Translations under genes and position numbers: made by a program
Assembly: GCA_051294375.1 (NCBI GenBank)
Contig: CM119267.1
Location: 14,253,694-14,317,693 of the forward strand
Direction: 5' to 3'
DNA from: Paraspadella gotoi
Taxonomy: Eukaryota; Animalia; Chaetognatha
DNA: 64,000 nucleotides
Notes under the pieces: model-generated
The model's input: only the letters and a program-made list of their open reading frames with translations
Databases searched by the model: none
Told to the model about the DNA's origin: nothing
Part shown: one piece after another, positions 15,006 to 27,359 of the stretch
How the letters are laid out: every line of letters starts with the position of its first letter
Position numbering within the stretch: the stretch's first letter is position 1

Positions 15006-16976
15006 ATGTTGAAATTCTTGTTTTTATTTATATTGTTTTTTGCAGGGGACGATTCTACAGTCTTTGAATTTGAGATTGTTTTTCATTCAATATTTCATCT
15101 GATCGTAGTTGATTCGTTTACAAATTGTCATCTCAGAAAAATATAGGGAAAAATGGATTCTGCAAGGCTAAGCGTTTTCGTCAGATTAAAAACATTACAG
15201 GTACGTATAATTTTCTTGATCCTTGAATTTTATTTCTGTGCTTTCTAATTTCTACAACTAAGCGTTTCTAATTTTTTTCAGCCTTTCATTCTTCATCCGA
15301 ATTTATCGCTCTGGGTTCATGATCAACAATGCATCGACTGCCTTCCTCAATTTTTCGCTTCCCTGGAAAATGACAGGAACAACACGAAAGTTCCCGCGAT
15401 AACAACAAACTTTCCCCAACAAATTTTTGTAAAGGACAGTGATCAAACTCTCTGCAACTTGACGAAAAAATTTAATGAGCACGGTATATACTGGGTTTCG
15501 GTTGAAGGCGAGGCCGGCACCGGACTTGCGGACTGCTGCTGCTACGCCACGGACGAGGGCCGCCATCCTGCTCTCTTTATTCTCTACGCGTTTATTGTTT
15601 TTCTCGGCCTTTTCGCTATCTTTTTCGTTATCAAAAGCCCAAAAGTTCGCGCGGCATGGAATACCTTCGTCTCGACTGCTCGCAGCTACGTGCAAAGAGG
15701 CACGATAAACAGCGACTTGGGAGTCAACAATCCCAGCGCCGGTCTTTTGGCCGGAAGCGCGAGACCGACGAATTCCTCTCAAGCCGTATCGCCGTCTATC
15801 AGTAAAAAACGCTTGCGATCACTCGATGCGTTTCGCGGACTCAGCATTGTCATCATGATTTTCGTTAATTACGAAGGCGGAGGATATTGGTACTTCAAGC
15901 ATTCGGCGTGGAACGGATTGACTGTTGCCGATCTTGTATTTCCATGGTTCATGTTTATCATGGGCGTGTCGATGGCCATTTCTATGAAGTCAATGGTTAG
16001 ACGGGCAACGCCTTGGTGGCAGTTATTGTTTCGAGTCGTGAAGAGGAGCGTTTTGTTGTTTTTATTGGGTCTAATGCTTAATTCAGGCAAGACCAATGAT
16101 TTAACGAAGCTCCGAATACCGGGGGTTTTACAGAGGTTTTCCGTAACTTATCTTTTCTTGTCGGTTTTGGAGATAGTATTTTTTCGCGATTCGGACGTAA
16201 TTCCCCAAACTTGGTGGGCTCCATATAGAGATTTGGTCGAATCATGGCCCCAGTGGATGATCATGACCGCCGTCGTAGCTTTGCACACAGCCTTTACTTT
16301 TGGCCTCGAGGTTCCCGGTTGTCCCAAGGGATACCTGGGCCCTGGTGGACTTCACAAGGAAGGGCGATTTAACAATTGCACCGGTGGTGCGGCTGGATAT
16401 ATAGATCGTTATGTATTCGGAAACGGTCACATTTATTCCCATCCTACATGCATGAAAGTGTATATGACTAACGTTCCCTACGATCCTGAGGGTCTACTTG
16501 GCTGCCTAACAGCAGCGTTGATGGTTTTCTTGGGGCTGACGGCCGGAAAAATAATTGGGACATATGGACACTCTTTGCAGAGAATTAAGCGGTTTGCTAT
16601 TTGGGGAGTTTTCTGCGGAGTCGTCTCCTTAGTACTAACCAGAGGAAAACTAGACGAAGGGTGGATTCCGATCAATAAAAATCTTTGGTCTTTGTCTTTC
16701 GTAATGGCAATGGCATCGATGTCGTTTTTCTTGCTAATTTTTATGTTTTATGTAATTGATGTTAAGGCATGGTGGTCTGGATGTCCTCTTGTCTACCCGG
16801 GTATGAACGCCATTGTGCTTTTCATGGGGCATGAAATTTTAGAAAATTACTTTCCATTTCGATGGAAAACTCAACATAATCACGAAATGATCCTATTTTT
16901 TTCTTGTTGGGGCGCGACTATTTGGACATTTTTTGCCTATTTAATGTACAAAAGAAAAATTTTCATAAGCTTATGA
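15006..16976 (+). CDS. HGSNAT: Heparan-alpha-glucosaminide N-acetyltransferase; intron 15201-15281; start uncertain (15006 signal-peptide-like exon, or ATG 15153)
   Basis: RLRSLDAFRGLSIVIMIFVNYEGG, WNGLTVADLVFPWF, RIPGVLQRF, CPKGYLGPGG, NCTGGAAGYID, YDPEGLLG, PINKNLWS. The upstream exon gives MDSA...NLSLW...CIDC, resembling the HGSNAT luminal N-domain. Confidence 0.93.
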
Positions 16977-17111
16977 ATTTGTTTTCGATAAAGAAGTTTG
17001 TGATTTAAATTATATTTATTTTAATGATAATGTGTTATGATTAAGAAATTAAATTTTATTTCACAACGTTTCCATCATTTTTAGGTATAATTTTGAAAAT
17101 CTTTTTCAGAA

Positions 17112-19109
17112 ATGGCTTCCAAAGCACCCCGATCAGATATTCCAGGCATTCCTGATTTCGAAATTGTTCAACTTACGAAATTAAGGCCGAAAGAAAAGGG
17201 TTCGCTGCTCCGTCGTAAGTTTCAGGTACTGGGCGTCCATTTGGAATGTCAAGACAACGGCAAGGGTCGACTCCGTCCGGCTCATGAATTTGAGATTCTA
17301 TTTTCGGGCGACCCTCAGCTTTCCATGGCCTGGCATTACTGCATCCTGTCACTGTTACCTAAGGAGGAGGTCGAACAGATCCGAGCCGTTCTAAAAGCCG
17401 CGAACATTGTTAGGCTAAAACGAGAAAAAGAAACTGAGACAAACGATAAAAAGGCGCTCCTGGCGAGAAGACGAAAACTTCTCAGAACCGTGCGTGAGGC
17501 AAACGCAAAAAAGCACGAGGAAATCACTTTTACTCAGAAGGTTGTCCAAAGTTCGTCGGCGCAAAAGTTCGAGGATTGTTCAGTCTATAAAGGTCAACAG
17601 GATAGAAGAAGCGTTGAACGCATAAAGAAGTTATTGATAAATAGGTATGATCGTTTAAATGACGATGTTGCAAATGAAAGGCTCCACCTTCCGATCTCGA
17701 GAGTGAAGAACTACGTTGAAGCATATTCAAAAATCGTGGCCTCTAAAGATACAGAAGAAAGGCTATTTGAAGAATTGGTTTCTCTCTCAGCAAACAACGA
17801 GACCTGGATCCAGAAACGTCCCGTCGACAATGAGGTATCTGCGTATTGGAAGTCACTGAAAAGATTAATGCATGGCAATCATCCAACTTCAATTCTTGAT
17901 GTGCTTATTCGTCAAGGCATGAACGACATTTCACTCATTCAAGAGAAGTTGGAGGGAGAGAATTGGGAGAAGCAGGCGATAGAAATGAACTTCTCCATCG
18001 ACGACAGCGGCTTTATAAAGGACGAGAGCGAGGATGCCAATCTGGACAAGCAGAAAAAGCGACAGAGGCGAGTCAGGGAAGAGTTGCAAATGATGATAAT
18101 TAGGCAAGAAATACTGAAATCTGATTTTGAAAAGAAAACTATTAGGGCAGCCGACGAGTATACCAGCGCGAAAGAGGCGCTCAAAGAAGAGCTCTTCCAG
18201 AAAGGTGTCGACGCAGAGTCACTCATGAGCGATCTCGAACGACAATGCCGGAAGGCGTCTTTACAGGCCTCGGTGGCCATTTTAAAAGCCGAGAAAATTA
18301 AGATTCTTGCCTTCTCGGATGATATGAAAACACAAGAGATAGAACTGAAGAAAAAGCTACACGACGATTGCGAAAAAGAGAAAATTTTGCAGCAGAATGA
18401 GAACGTCATAGAAGCTCTGAGTATGGGATGGACGGAAGCGAAAAAAACTTTAAGCGAAAAGTTGAAGAGCTGCAGGGACTCTTTCGAGGTTGAGCCTTTT
18501 AGGACGAAAATTCGAGCCACAGTCGGCGCGAACGTAGAAATCACCGACTTTGTCAAAACCGAAACGGATAAACTGAAGCAAATTGACGTGGACCGTCTTC
18601 CTTTCTATTTCGTCAATGGCAGGTGCGCCAAGATCGCCGATTCCCCTGTTGAATCCGATTCGTTCGATTTGCGATATAGTTCGATCGACACTGATGTGGC
18701 TCGTAATTTATGCGCGATCATCAACCTCCCACGTTCACAATTGACTTGGCCCAGCGTTGCGCGAGCGTTGGCTCAGAGAACTAAGGTTTTCCTTTATGCT
18801 GATCGCGTTGTCGGGGAACGACCCACGGTCAAAAATCCCGATATGGCCGCTGATGCCGAACAGGCCTACGCCGCCGAGATGGCCAAAAACGCTAAGGAGA
18901 CCGAGACGGCGCTCGCCGCCTGCGGGCTAGAAGTCAACCAACTGATGGGAAAAGCCGTCGCTCTCAACGAATTGGAACGGGTTCATCGCGAACAACCGGG
19001 CTTCTACGTCATCCGCGACGTCAAGGTTGACGGCAAAAGTTTATACCAATGGAAAGAAATTGTCAGAGCCAAGATTGTTGAAGCTTTATATCATTCAATC
19101 AAATTGTAA
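17112..19109 (+). CDS. HAUS5: HAUS augmin-like complex subunit 5-like, single exon
   Basis: 665-aa coiled-coil protein. N-terminal AWHYCILSLLPKEEVEQIRAVL and C-terminal EQPG...DGKSLYQW resemble remembered HAUS5 end motifs. Confidence 0.65.
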   Translation: MASKAPRSDIPGIPDFEIVQLTKLRPKEKGSLLRRKFQVLGVHLECQDNGKGRLRPAHEFEILFSGDPQLSMAWHYCILSLLPKEEVEQIRAVLKAANIVRLKREKETETNDKKALLARRRKLLRTVREANAKKHEEITFTQKVVQSSSAQKFEDCSVYKGQQDRRSVERIKKLLINRYDRLNDDVANERLHLPISRVKNYVEAYSKIVASKDTEERLFEELVSLSANNETWIQKRPVDNEVSAYWKSLKRLMHGNHPTSILDVLIRQGMNDISLIQEKLEGENWEKQAIEMNFSIDDSGFIKDESEDANLDKQKKRQRRVREELQMMIIRQEILKSDFEKKTIRAADEYTSAKEALKEELFQKGVDAESLMSDLERQCRKASLQASVAILKAEKIKILAFSDDMKTQEIELKKKLHDDCEKEKILQQNENVIEALSMGWTEAKKTLSEKLKSCRDSFEVEPFRTKIRATVGANVEITDFVKTETDKLKQIDVDRLPFYFVNGRCAKIADSPVESDSFDLRYSSIDTDVARNLCAIINLPRSQLTWPSVARALAQRTKVFLYADRVVGERPTVKNPDMAADAEQAYAAEMAKNAKETETALAACGLEVNQLMGKAVALNELERVHREQPGFYVIRDVKVDGKSLYQWKEIVRAKIVEALYHSIKL

Positions 19110-19275
19110 CGAAAGTAATTTTAATAACTTTTTTCCTTTTTTTGATTTATCGTTTTTATTTTTGATTCTGTTGACTAAATCGACTAAATCTTTTACTAAA
19201 TTTTTTAAGGCACAGTTTTTGATTTATACATCATTGATACTTTGTTAACTATAATAAAATCTGAAGAGCAGAGCC

Positions 19276-19826
19276 ATGTCTACTGGTCCACAAGATGAGA
19301 AAAAAGAGAGCGCTCTAAAAGATCCGTCAAGTACCGAAACTAGATCATTGGGTGAACCTTCTCAGGCCAGCGGAAGCAAACCGTTAAAAGGTGAGCAATT
19401 ATTTTACATAAATACAGTAGCCGTTAATACTATTAGTAGAACAAAAGTTAATTGCATTAACGTTTAAGAAGTATTTGGAATTTGTCGTACTGCGATTGTC
19501 ACAGCTTTCTTGGTTTTTCAGCTTGGTTACTTGATTACTACATTTTTTTTTAAATTGCACCTCATATGACAGATTTCGATTTTTTTTTCAACAGTGGGAA
19601 AAAAGCGCCGTCGCCGAGGGCAGGGATGGACTCATAAGAAAAAATCCAAATCCGGTAATTTTGGTGTAATACGTAAGAATAAGTCTTGAGACAATTTTAC
19701 GCAGTTTTTTACCTTGAGGGCAAATTTTAGAGAGTTGTTTATTTAGGACTCGTGAGTGGCGCTACCAAGGGGGTTGATTCGAAAGTTGCGCCCAAAAGAA
19801 AAGGAGCACCGCCGAAAAATCCATGA
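19276..19826 (+). CDS. Small basic orphan protein, 84 aa; exons 19276-19390, 19595-19654, 19747-19826
   Basis: Good splice sites (AAAG|gtgagc, caacag|, G|gtaatt, atttag|) give a continuous frame containing VGKKRRRRGQGWTHKKKSKSG...KRKGAPPKNP*. Confidence 0.65.
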
Positions 19827-20055
19827 AACGGCTTTCTCCCGTCAACATGAAAGTTAATGGTTTTGATTAATGGAATTTTGCCAGTCTTGTCTCCCTGACT
19901 TTACATACATAAATTATATTTTGCGAAACTTGGAATGTTGTATACAATTTATAGATCTCATACTAATTATACTCAGTGCTTGTGATGACGTTTAAAGAAA
20001 GAATGTTATACATACGGTTTTTTTTGTTAGTTCTCTGTGACAGTGATTTATCACA

Positions 20056-20877
20056 ATGGTGGAGATGGATAAACTTGAAGAACTTTTGACTCAGTTTCCC
20101 AGTTTGAAAAGAACGAGTCAAGATTGCCGAGAAAAAATAAAATGCTCCTTCACTGGCCACGAGATGCCCGTCGACTTCAAGGCTGTTCGCCAGTATATCG
20201 ACGGCAGAAAGTACAAAAACTATCTGGCCAATCCCACCTTCGACTATGCCAAGTACGAGCCCCACCTCCAGCCCGTGGTTACGCCACACAGCAAGGGAAA
20301 GAAGCAGCTATTCTGTCAACTGACGCGGAGGCTCATCAACCGTGACCCCGTGAACGTGCTGCAACACGTCGATGGGCATCGTTACCAGCGAGAAAAGCGT
20401 CGTTTCGACGAATGCGCCGCCGCTGGTGTTCCTTTCGTGCCGCTGGCGACCTCGAAACAAAAGAACGTCGTTCGTGGCGACGATGATGAAGAGGAACACG
20501 ACGAGATCGAGGATAAAAAGTTCTCCTCGAACCCCGACGCGTCCGACTCGGAGGAAGAGGAGGAGGAGAAGCGAGTCGAAGACGACCTGTCTGATTTGTA
20601 TCCCCCAGAGGATTTCATAATGGAGACAAGCGAAGAAGGTGAAAACCAGGAAGATCTGTCGTCAGATGAGGGTAACACACCAACAGGAGCGTCTTGTGAT
20701 ACTTCACAAAAGAAATTCAGAGGTAAGACCAAATTTCTTCCGAACAAAAAAAAATATTAAAACGCGTTATAATGATATTTTTCAAATAACTTTACAGGAA
20801 TTCCGTTCAAAATGGTTTCTCCGGTGAAAAGGAAGAAAAAATCGCAGCAACAGAGAGTGAAAAGACAAAAAAAATAA
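20056..20877 (+). CDS. SURF2: Surfeit locus protein 2; intron 20723-20797
   Basis: KIKCSFTGHEMP, FDYAKYEPHL, QLFCQLTRRLINRDPVNVLQHVDGHRYQR, DDLSDLYPPEDF. Confidence 0.9.
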
Positions 20878-20995
20878 TACCACTCATCACAATTACCACT
20901 TGTGATCTATATCATTGAAAACGTGTCTAGCTATTGTGCCTAATTCTCTCTCATCGCAGCATATAACTCTTGCGCATCGTGTTTATAAAAAAAAA

Positions 20996-23900
20996 ATGCG
21001 CAGGAGTCGCGCGCCGAGCCAAATAACGAGGGAGATTGACTCCGAGACCGTTTCGCCGCAAACGTCGACTCCCAGCCGAAAAAGAAAGAGACGGTTCGAA
21101 GATGACGACGACGACTTTCCTCAATCCCCCGGTGTTCGTTTCCCGCTCGTCGGTCTTTCTCTCAACTCATCCTCGTGTTCGAGTCCGAACTCCGGCGAAT
21201 ACGAAAGACTCATACAAGTTATCCTCTCTCGTCCGTTTAAGATTCCCATCAAGAACTATCAGGGTCCCGTGGGAACGAGGTCGTTGGGATATCGAAAGAA
21301 CGGCTCAAGGCGTCCTCTCCACGATCCTGACGAGGAAGGGGCGCTCGTTCTCTGGTCGCCCCCAGAAATCTCAGTGACGGAGGCTTTAACGGTGAATCAG
21401 GATAAGGTTCAGGTGAGAAATCTCAATGGTTTGAGTTATACCCCGTGTCCGTTCGCGAGTGACACCAAAAAATCTTTACTATACTTTAAATATTTATTAA
21501 ACATAATTCATAAGTATATCATTAGTTGCAGAACTACTTGACGTTTTTAGTCAGATCTGCTTTTAGCAGATCCCGACTCTATAATTCACTTTGTCGGTCC
21601 GCCCCCTCAATCTTGTCGGGCATTCATTTATATTCAGTCAGAACATTGAATTATTAATAATTATGCAAAAAAAAAACGATGTCTGTCCGTCTGTCCCACC
21701 GTCTGTCTGTCCCACCATCCGTCTGTCCTACCATCCTTCCGTCCCACCGTCCGTTCATCCCACCGTCCGTCCGTCCGTCCACCAATTACTCGTGATTGGA
21801 TGGATGGATTGGAATGAAATTTTGTGTGTGGGTAGGGAAGTGTGTGATTGAGCTGGATATGAAGTTTCGATGGAATCGTCCGAGTGGAAATGAGTTTAAA
21901 TGGAAAAAACAAAAAAAATATATTTTGCTATTTGGACACCAATTGCTCACGAGTGGATGGGGCGATTGTCTTGAAATTTTGTATTTGGGTAGAAAAGTGT
22001 GTGATTAAACTGGAAATCAAGTTTCGATGGAATCGTTTGAGTGGAAATGAGTTTAAATAAAAAAAACAAAGAACCTGTTTCACTAATCGATTATGCTTTT
22101 TTTCTTTTTTATTTTAAATGTAAATGCAAGATGTAATAATTAATCAGTTAATTAATCAATTAGTGAATTAATTAATCAATAGTTAATCAGTCAATTATTC
22201 AATCAAAACAAACATTTCGGATCAAATTAAATAATTGCCTAATTAATTAAATAATTAACTTGAATAAATTAATTAAATAATTAACTTGAATAAATTAATT
22301 ATTAATTAAATAATTAATTAACTTAAATTAATTATTAATTAATTAATAATTTATTAATTAATTACCGATAATGATCGTGGGCAGATCCGACATTGTTAGC
22401 TCAAACTTGTTTATGTATAAGTTTCATTTCGTGTTTAATTCATTTACTATTCTTTGTTTAATTTTTTATCTAAAACAGTAAAATTGGCATAAAAAGACCA
22501 TTTTAGGCGTGTTCTTGATTGAATTTTTTAAAAAAAATATATCATAAGAAATCCCTATTAATGGTCTAATCAATGGCGTATCTGAATTATCGTAATGTTG
22601 AGTAATTTTTGAGTAATGATTTTTTTATTTATTTTTTTATTATAAATCTTAAGTTTTCTTTATATAATTCGTCCAATTAGAAAAAAATGCTATCCTGAGC
22701 ATGTTTTGAATAATTATTTTATATTGTAAGGATTCCCAGATAATTCTTAATTTAATGGTATAAATGATAGTAATTATTTTATAATGATTTTCTTTTATTA
22801 AAAGATTCAGTTTTTTACTGAAGATGAAATTGGATGACCATTAAAGAAAAGTTGTTTTACATAAGTAAAAATCAAATTAATCTTATGAAATTAAAATATA
22901 ATAAACGTCAAGAATGAGGAAAAAAAATTTTAAAAATATTTATACAATGAGAAATGGTACGCCTTTTTTTGGTGTCACTCGCGAACGGACACGTGATATA
23001 TATACCTATATATACCTATATTGTATATTTTTCTTTTTCTCCTTTTCCTTTATCTCTTCTCACTTTTTAGTTGCGCCGCGAGTAATCGCGAAGCAAATCT
23101 ATAAGTCACTTTTCGGTCGGTCGGTATGTCTGTCCGTCGGTCTGTCCCACTTAAGTTGAAAATGCTCAGAGATTAGATTAGATTTTTTTCATAAGACGGA
23201 CCCAAAAGCCATGGGTTGCAGTTACAAAATTTTAACTTTACAACATTTAAGGGCATACAATAAAACAAAATTCGAGATCAGTTATATAGGTTAAGACAGG
23301 AAAAAACCTCAATTCTTAGGAACTGTTAGCGCCGCCTTCAGGAAATAAAAGACACAGGCAAAGAAAGTTATGTCACGTCTTCATGTCATGTCACAAGAAG
23401 CACACGTGATAAGGCAGTCCCTACGTCGCAACACGTTTGAATTACTCTTCTCGTTTCACATTCTACCCATCAAGGTACATGTCGTCGTCGACCCACTTCT
23501 TTCCAAAATCCTCAGACCCCATCAGCGTGAGGGGGTCAAGTTTATGTACGATTGCGTGACAGGAAGCCAAATCGCCGATCAGCACGGTTGCATAATGGCC
23601 GACGAGATGGGCTTGGGAAAGACCTTGCAGTGCATAACTCTTTTGTGGACACTTCTCCGGCAGAGTCCCGACTGTCGACCGACCATCGAGAAGGCCGTGG
23701 TCGTCGCTCCCTCCTCCCTCGTTAAAAACTGGTACAATGAGTTCAACAAGTGGCTCGGGCCTCGTATCTCTCCTCTGGCCATCGACGGAGGAAGTAAAGA
23801 AGAAATCGACAAAAAACTCCGCGGCTTTCTCGACCACGGCCTTCGCGTCGTAAATCCAGTCCTAATCATTTCCTACGAAACGTTTCGACTTCACGCCTAC

Positions 23901-25346
23901 GAACTTCATCGAGGCTCCGTCGGCTTGATTCTCTGCGACGAAGGCCATCGGCTCAAGAACAGCGACAACCAGACTTACGCCGCCCTCAACGCCATGGACG
24001 CCAAGAGGCGGGTCTTGCTTTCCGGCACCCCCATTCAAAATGATCTGCTAGAGTACTTTTCGTTGGTGCAATTTATCAATCCAGGCCTTCTCGGAACAGC
24101 AGCCGACTTCAAACGTCAGTTCGAAAATCCCATCCTCCGCGGTCGAGACGCTGATGGAACGGACGAGGAGCACCGCGTTGGAAAGCAGAAATTGCAGGAA
24201 CTGGCCGCTTTGGTGAACCGTTGCATCATTCGCCGGACTCAGGCGCTGCTAACTCTGTACCTCCCTATTAAAACTGAATACGTCATTACTTGTTCTCTGA
24301 CCCCCTTGCAAAAACAACTGTACAAATCCTTTACCGAGTCTAAAGCGTTGAAACTTAAACTTTTGGAGGAAGAAAAGGGAAAGGCTGTTAAGGGAACTAA
24401 ATCGGGAAAGAAGGGAGGTCAGGGAGGAACGCTTTCTTCTTTGTCCGCCATTACTTCATTAAAAAAGCTTTGCAATCATCCGGATTTGATTTACGAGAAA
24501 TGCGTGGCGAGGGAGGAAGGATTCGAGGAATTAAAAAATATGTACCCTTTAGGACATTTGCCGTCCAAAGAAGTAAAACCGATGTTATCCGGGAAGCTTC
24601 AGGTCTTGGATTTTATGTTGGCCAATATAAAGGCCAATACCGACGGCGACAAAATTGTTTTAGTTTCTAATTACACCCAAACTCTCGACCTTTGTCAACT
24701 GTTGTGCAAACAAAGACGTTATCTTTATGTCCGCTTGGACGGATCAATGAGCATAAAAGCTCGCGGAAAAATTGTGGAGAAATTTAATGATCCCAACAGT
24801 CCCGAGTTCATCTTTATGCTCAGCAGCAAAGCGGGCGGCTGCGGCCTCAACCTGATCGGTGCCAACAGACTCGTGATGTTCGATCCGGATTGGAATCCTG
24901 CAAACGACGAGCAGGCCATGGCCCGCGTCTGGCGTGACGGTCAAAAAAAGTCGTGTTTTATTTACCGCCTGCTAGCCACCGGTACGATAGAAGAAAAGAT
25001 ATTCCAGCGTCAAACGCACAAAAAGGCGCTCAGCAGCTGCGTCGTAGACAACGAGGAAGACGTGAAGCGTCACTTTTCCCTCAACGACCTCCGAGAACTT
25101 TTTTCTCTCAATGAATCTACGAAGAGCGACACGCACGACAAGTTTAAATGCTCGCGGTGCTTCATGGACGTGCAACAAAAACCCCCGCCGCCTGAGTCTA
25201 ACTGTAACAGCGACTTATCCCTTTGGCATCACACGGCCTCTTCTAAGCACATAGAGGATGGCGTTTTGAGAAGCTGCTGGCAGACTAATTGTATATCTTT
25301 TTGCTTTCATCACAAGTCCCACGAAAAAATGATTAAAACAGTCTAA
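20996..25346 (+). CDS. RAD54L: RAD54 SNF2 translocase; exons 20996-21412, 23475-25346
   Basis: MRRSRAPSQ start, [66 protein letters not shown]. Confidence 0.96.
21439..22998. mobile_element. Non-autonomous TIR DNA transposon (Tc1/mariner-like) in RAD54L intron
   Basis: Inverted repeat CGTGTCCGTTCGCGAGTGACACCAAAAAA (21444-21472) pairs with TTTTTTGGTGTCACTCGCGAACGGACACG (22965-22993). TA flanks. No transposase ORF. Confidence 0.75.
21544..22412 (+). mobile_element. DINE-1/HINE-like element, family A
   Basis: T-rich start, subterminal IR GTC(A/G)GATCTGC...GCAGATCCGAC, 5' hairpin, (GTCC/GTCT)n microsatellite. Shared with the copies at 29275, 38107 and 53698. Confidence 0.7.
23064..23450 (+). 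mobile_element. DINE-1/HINE-like element, separate family
   Basis: TTTTTAGTTGCG start, CGGT/CTGT microsatellite, CGTCGCAAC near the 3' end. Confidence 0.45.
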
Positions 25347-25451
25347 TTTAATTTAAGCGATTAAAAAATTTACCGCCTTAATTTACAATTTTATACTTGT
25401 TGAAAAACGTGAACTTAAATTTTTGTTTTTTTTTACAACATAGGATTCAAA

Positions 25452-26093
25452 ATGAAATTAAAGGAATTAGAATGGCTCCTGCAAACTATTCAAGGGTTTG
25501 AAAATCCCAAAGTTCATTTAGAACAATATGTGACTCCGCCGCACATCGCCGCATGTATGTTGCATACGATCGACTCCCAGTTCGGCGACATAGCTGACAA
25601 ACTAGTTCTGGACCTTGGTTGCGGTTCCGGCATGTTGACTCTCGGTTGTGCGGCTTTGGGTGCGGGTTTCGTTCTCGGCGTCGATGTAGACGCGGATGCA
25701 TTGAGTGTTTGTCGTCGCAACATGGAAGACACGGAAACGTCCGGCGTGGATTTAGTAAACATTGATATCGATGCGATTGAATCTGGAGATGCTCGGTTTA
25801 TCAAACACTTCGATACAGTCATTATGAATCCTCCTTTTGGGACAAAGCAAAATAAAGGACTTGACATTAAATTTTTGCGTCGCGGACTGGATTTAACCCG
25901 TGGCGCAGTCTATTCCCTGCACAAAACAGCAACGAGGGAGCACGTGGCCAAAAAATGTAACGAGTGGAACGTCAACATGCAAGTCGTGGCCAAGTTGAGA
26001 TACGATTTGCCTCAAACATATAAGTTTCATAAAAAACGATCGGTTGATATTGAGGTGGATTTTATTCGGTTTACTTTTCGTAATTGTTCTTAA
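25452..26093 (+). CDS. METTL5: rRNA N6-adenosine methyltransferase METTL5
   Basis: PKVHLEQYVTPPHIAA, DLGCGSG SAM-binding motif, NPPFGTK, VYSLHKT, YKFHKKRSVDIEVD. Confidence 0.95.
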   Translation: MKLKELEWLLQTIQGFENPKVHLEQYVTPPHIAACMLHTIDSQFGDIADKLVLDLGCGSGMLTLGCAALGAGFVLGVDVDADALSVCRRNMEDTETSGVDLVNIDIDAIESGDARFIKHFDTVIMNPPFGTKQNKGLDIKFLRRGLDLTRGAVYSLHKTATREHVAKKCNEWNVNMQVVAKLRYDLPQTYKFHKKRSVDIEVDFIRFTFRNCS

Positions 26094-26135
26094 TCCTCCT
26101 TCTAGGTTTATTTAGTACTTTGTTTTAGTATCAAA

Positions 26136-27359
26136 ATGAAATATGAAGTATATAGAGACGTTGTTCGCATTGTTCAAGATCAAAATCGTCCGGGGGATCG
26201 TATCGTCTGTATGAACAGACTGCGCGAGTTGCATCCTGCCTTGGATGTTCAGACACTTGGAAGCATTTACAGTCAGGAAGTTTTAAAAAAAGTAAAGAAA
26301 TCCTACTACAAACACGTCAACAAAGCGGAGACTTACTACCAAAGATTTTTAGATCTCAGTGAAGATCCCAATGTTGGCAAAGGCGAAGTTATATTGTTCA
26401 ACATTGCTCGAGAAGTGGATTTTCCGCCCTCGATGCTCTCCCGAATGGTGGTTGAACATCATCTACTGTCCATTAAGGCAAGTCATAATTTGGTTTTCTC
26501 TATCCTCCTTAAAAGTCCTTATAGTATTTAAAAAAAGGCATTAGTTATTCCTATCTTTAAAGTTTGTAATGGGATCGAATAATTTTATTTATGTTTTTAG
26601 AAAAAAGAGGTGGAAAACGAAAAAGGGAAATATGAGGCGGAGAAGTCGCGAGATCAAGCAGATCAAGCTGAACTCGACAACTCGTACAATATCACAGTCT
26701 CCAAGCAAGAACTGAATAAAGCGTTGCGCAATCCTGACGTCCTTAACAATCAAAGACTCTCATCTGAAGTTGAACTTTGCAATGTCCTTGACGACGACTA
26801 CGGTCCGCTTTCTGGTAAAAATATTTTATTTATATTTTGTGTTTTTATTAATTTTTTATTTAAAAATTAAATTATCATGTCTTACTTTTTCAGATGTCAT
26901 CAAACAGTCAATCGGTCACGAGAAAGAAGTGTTTTTGAAACGCAAGGCCAAGCAATTGAATCTAGTTTTCAAGGATGAAGACCAAATGAGGGCAGAGGGT
27001 AATAAAAAAATCATTATCCGACCATTTTTTTTTTTTTTGCAATAATAGGCATGGTGGTAAAACATTTTCACGTTTTTTCAGGTTTCGACAAGACTCCGGA
27101 CATTCGACTCGAAATTCCTGTTGCCATTGACGGCGTCGTGATTCACTGGATCGAAAGCAAAGCTTCTTTTGGTGACGAAGGGACTCATAATGTTTACCTG
27201 AAAGATCAATTCTGGTCTTATCAAAACCGATTCGGGCCCGGTATTGTCATTTACTGGTTCGGTTTCATCGAAGAGCTCGACGTAAACAGAAGCAAAGGAA
27301 TTTTGCTTTACGACCATCTTCCAGAAAACTTGATCACTTTTGATCCGAACAAGATGTAA
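26136..27359 (+). CDS. CDIN1: CDAN1-interacting nuclease 1 (C15orf41); exons 26136-26477, 26601-26814, 26894-26998, 27082-27359
   Basis: [68 protein letters not shown] (PD-(D/E)XK-like). The first intron appears to be GC-AG. Confidence 0.92.
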
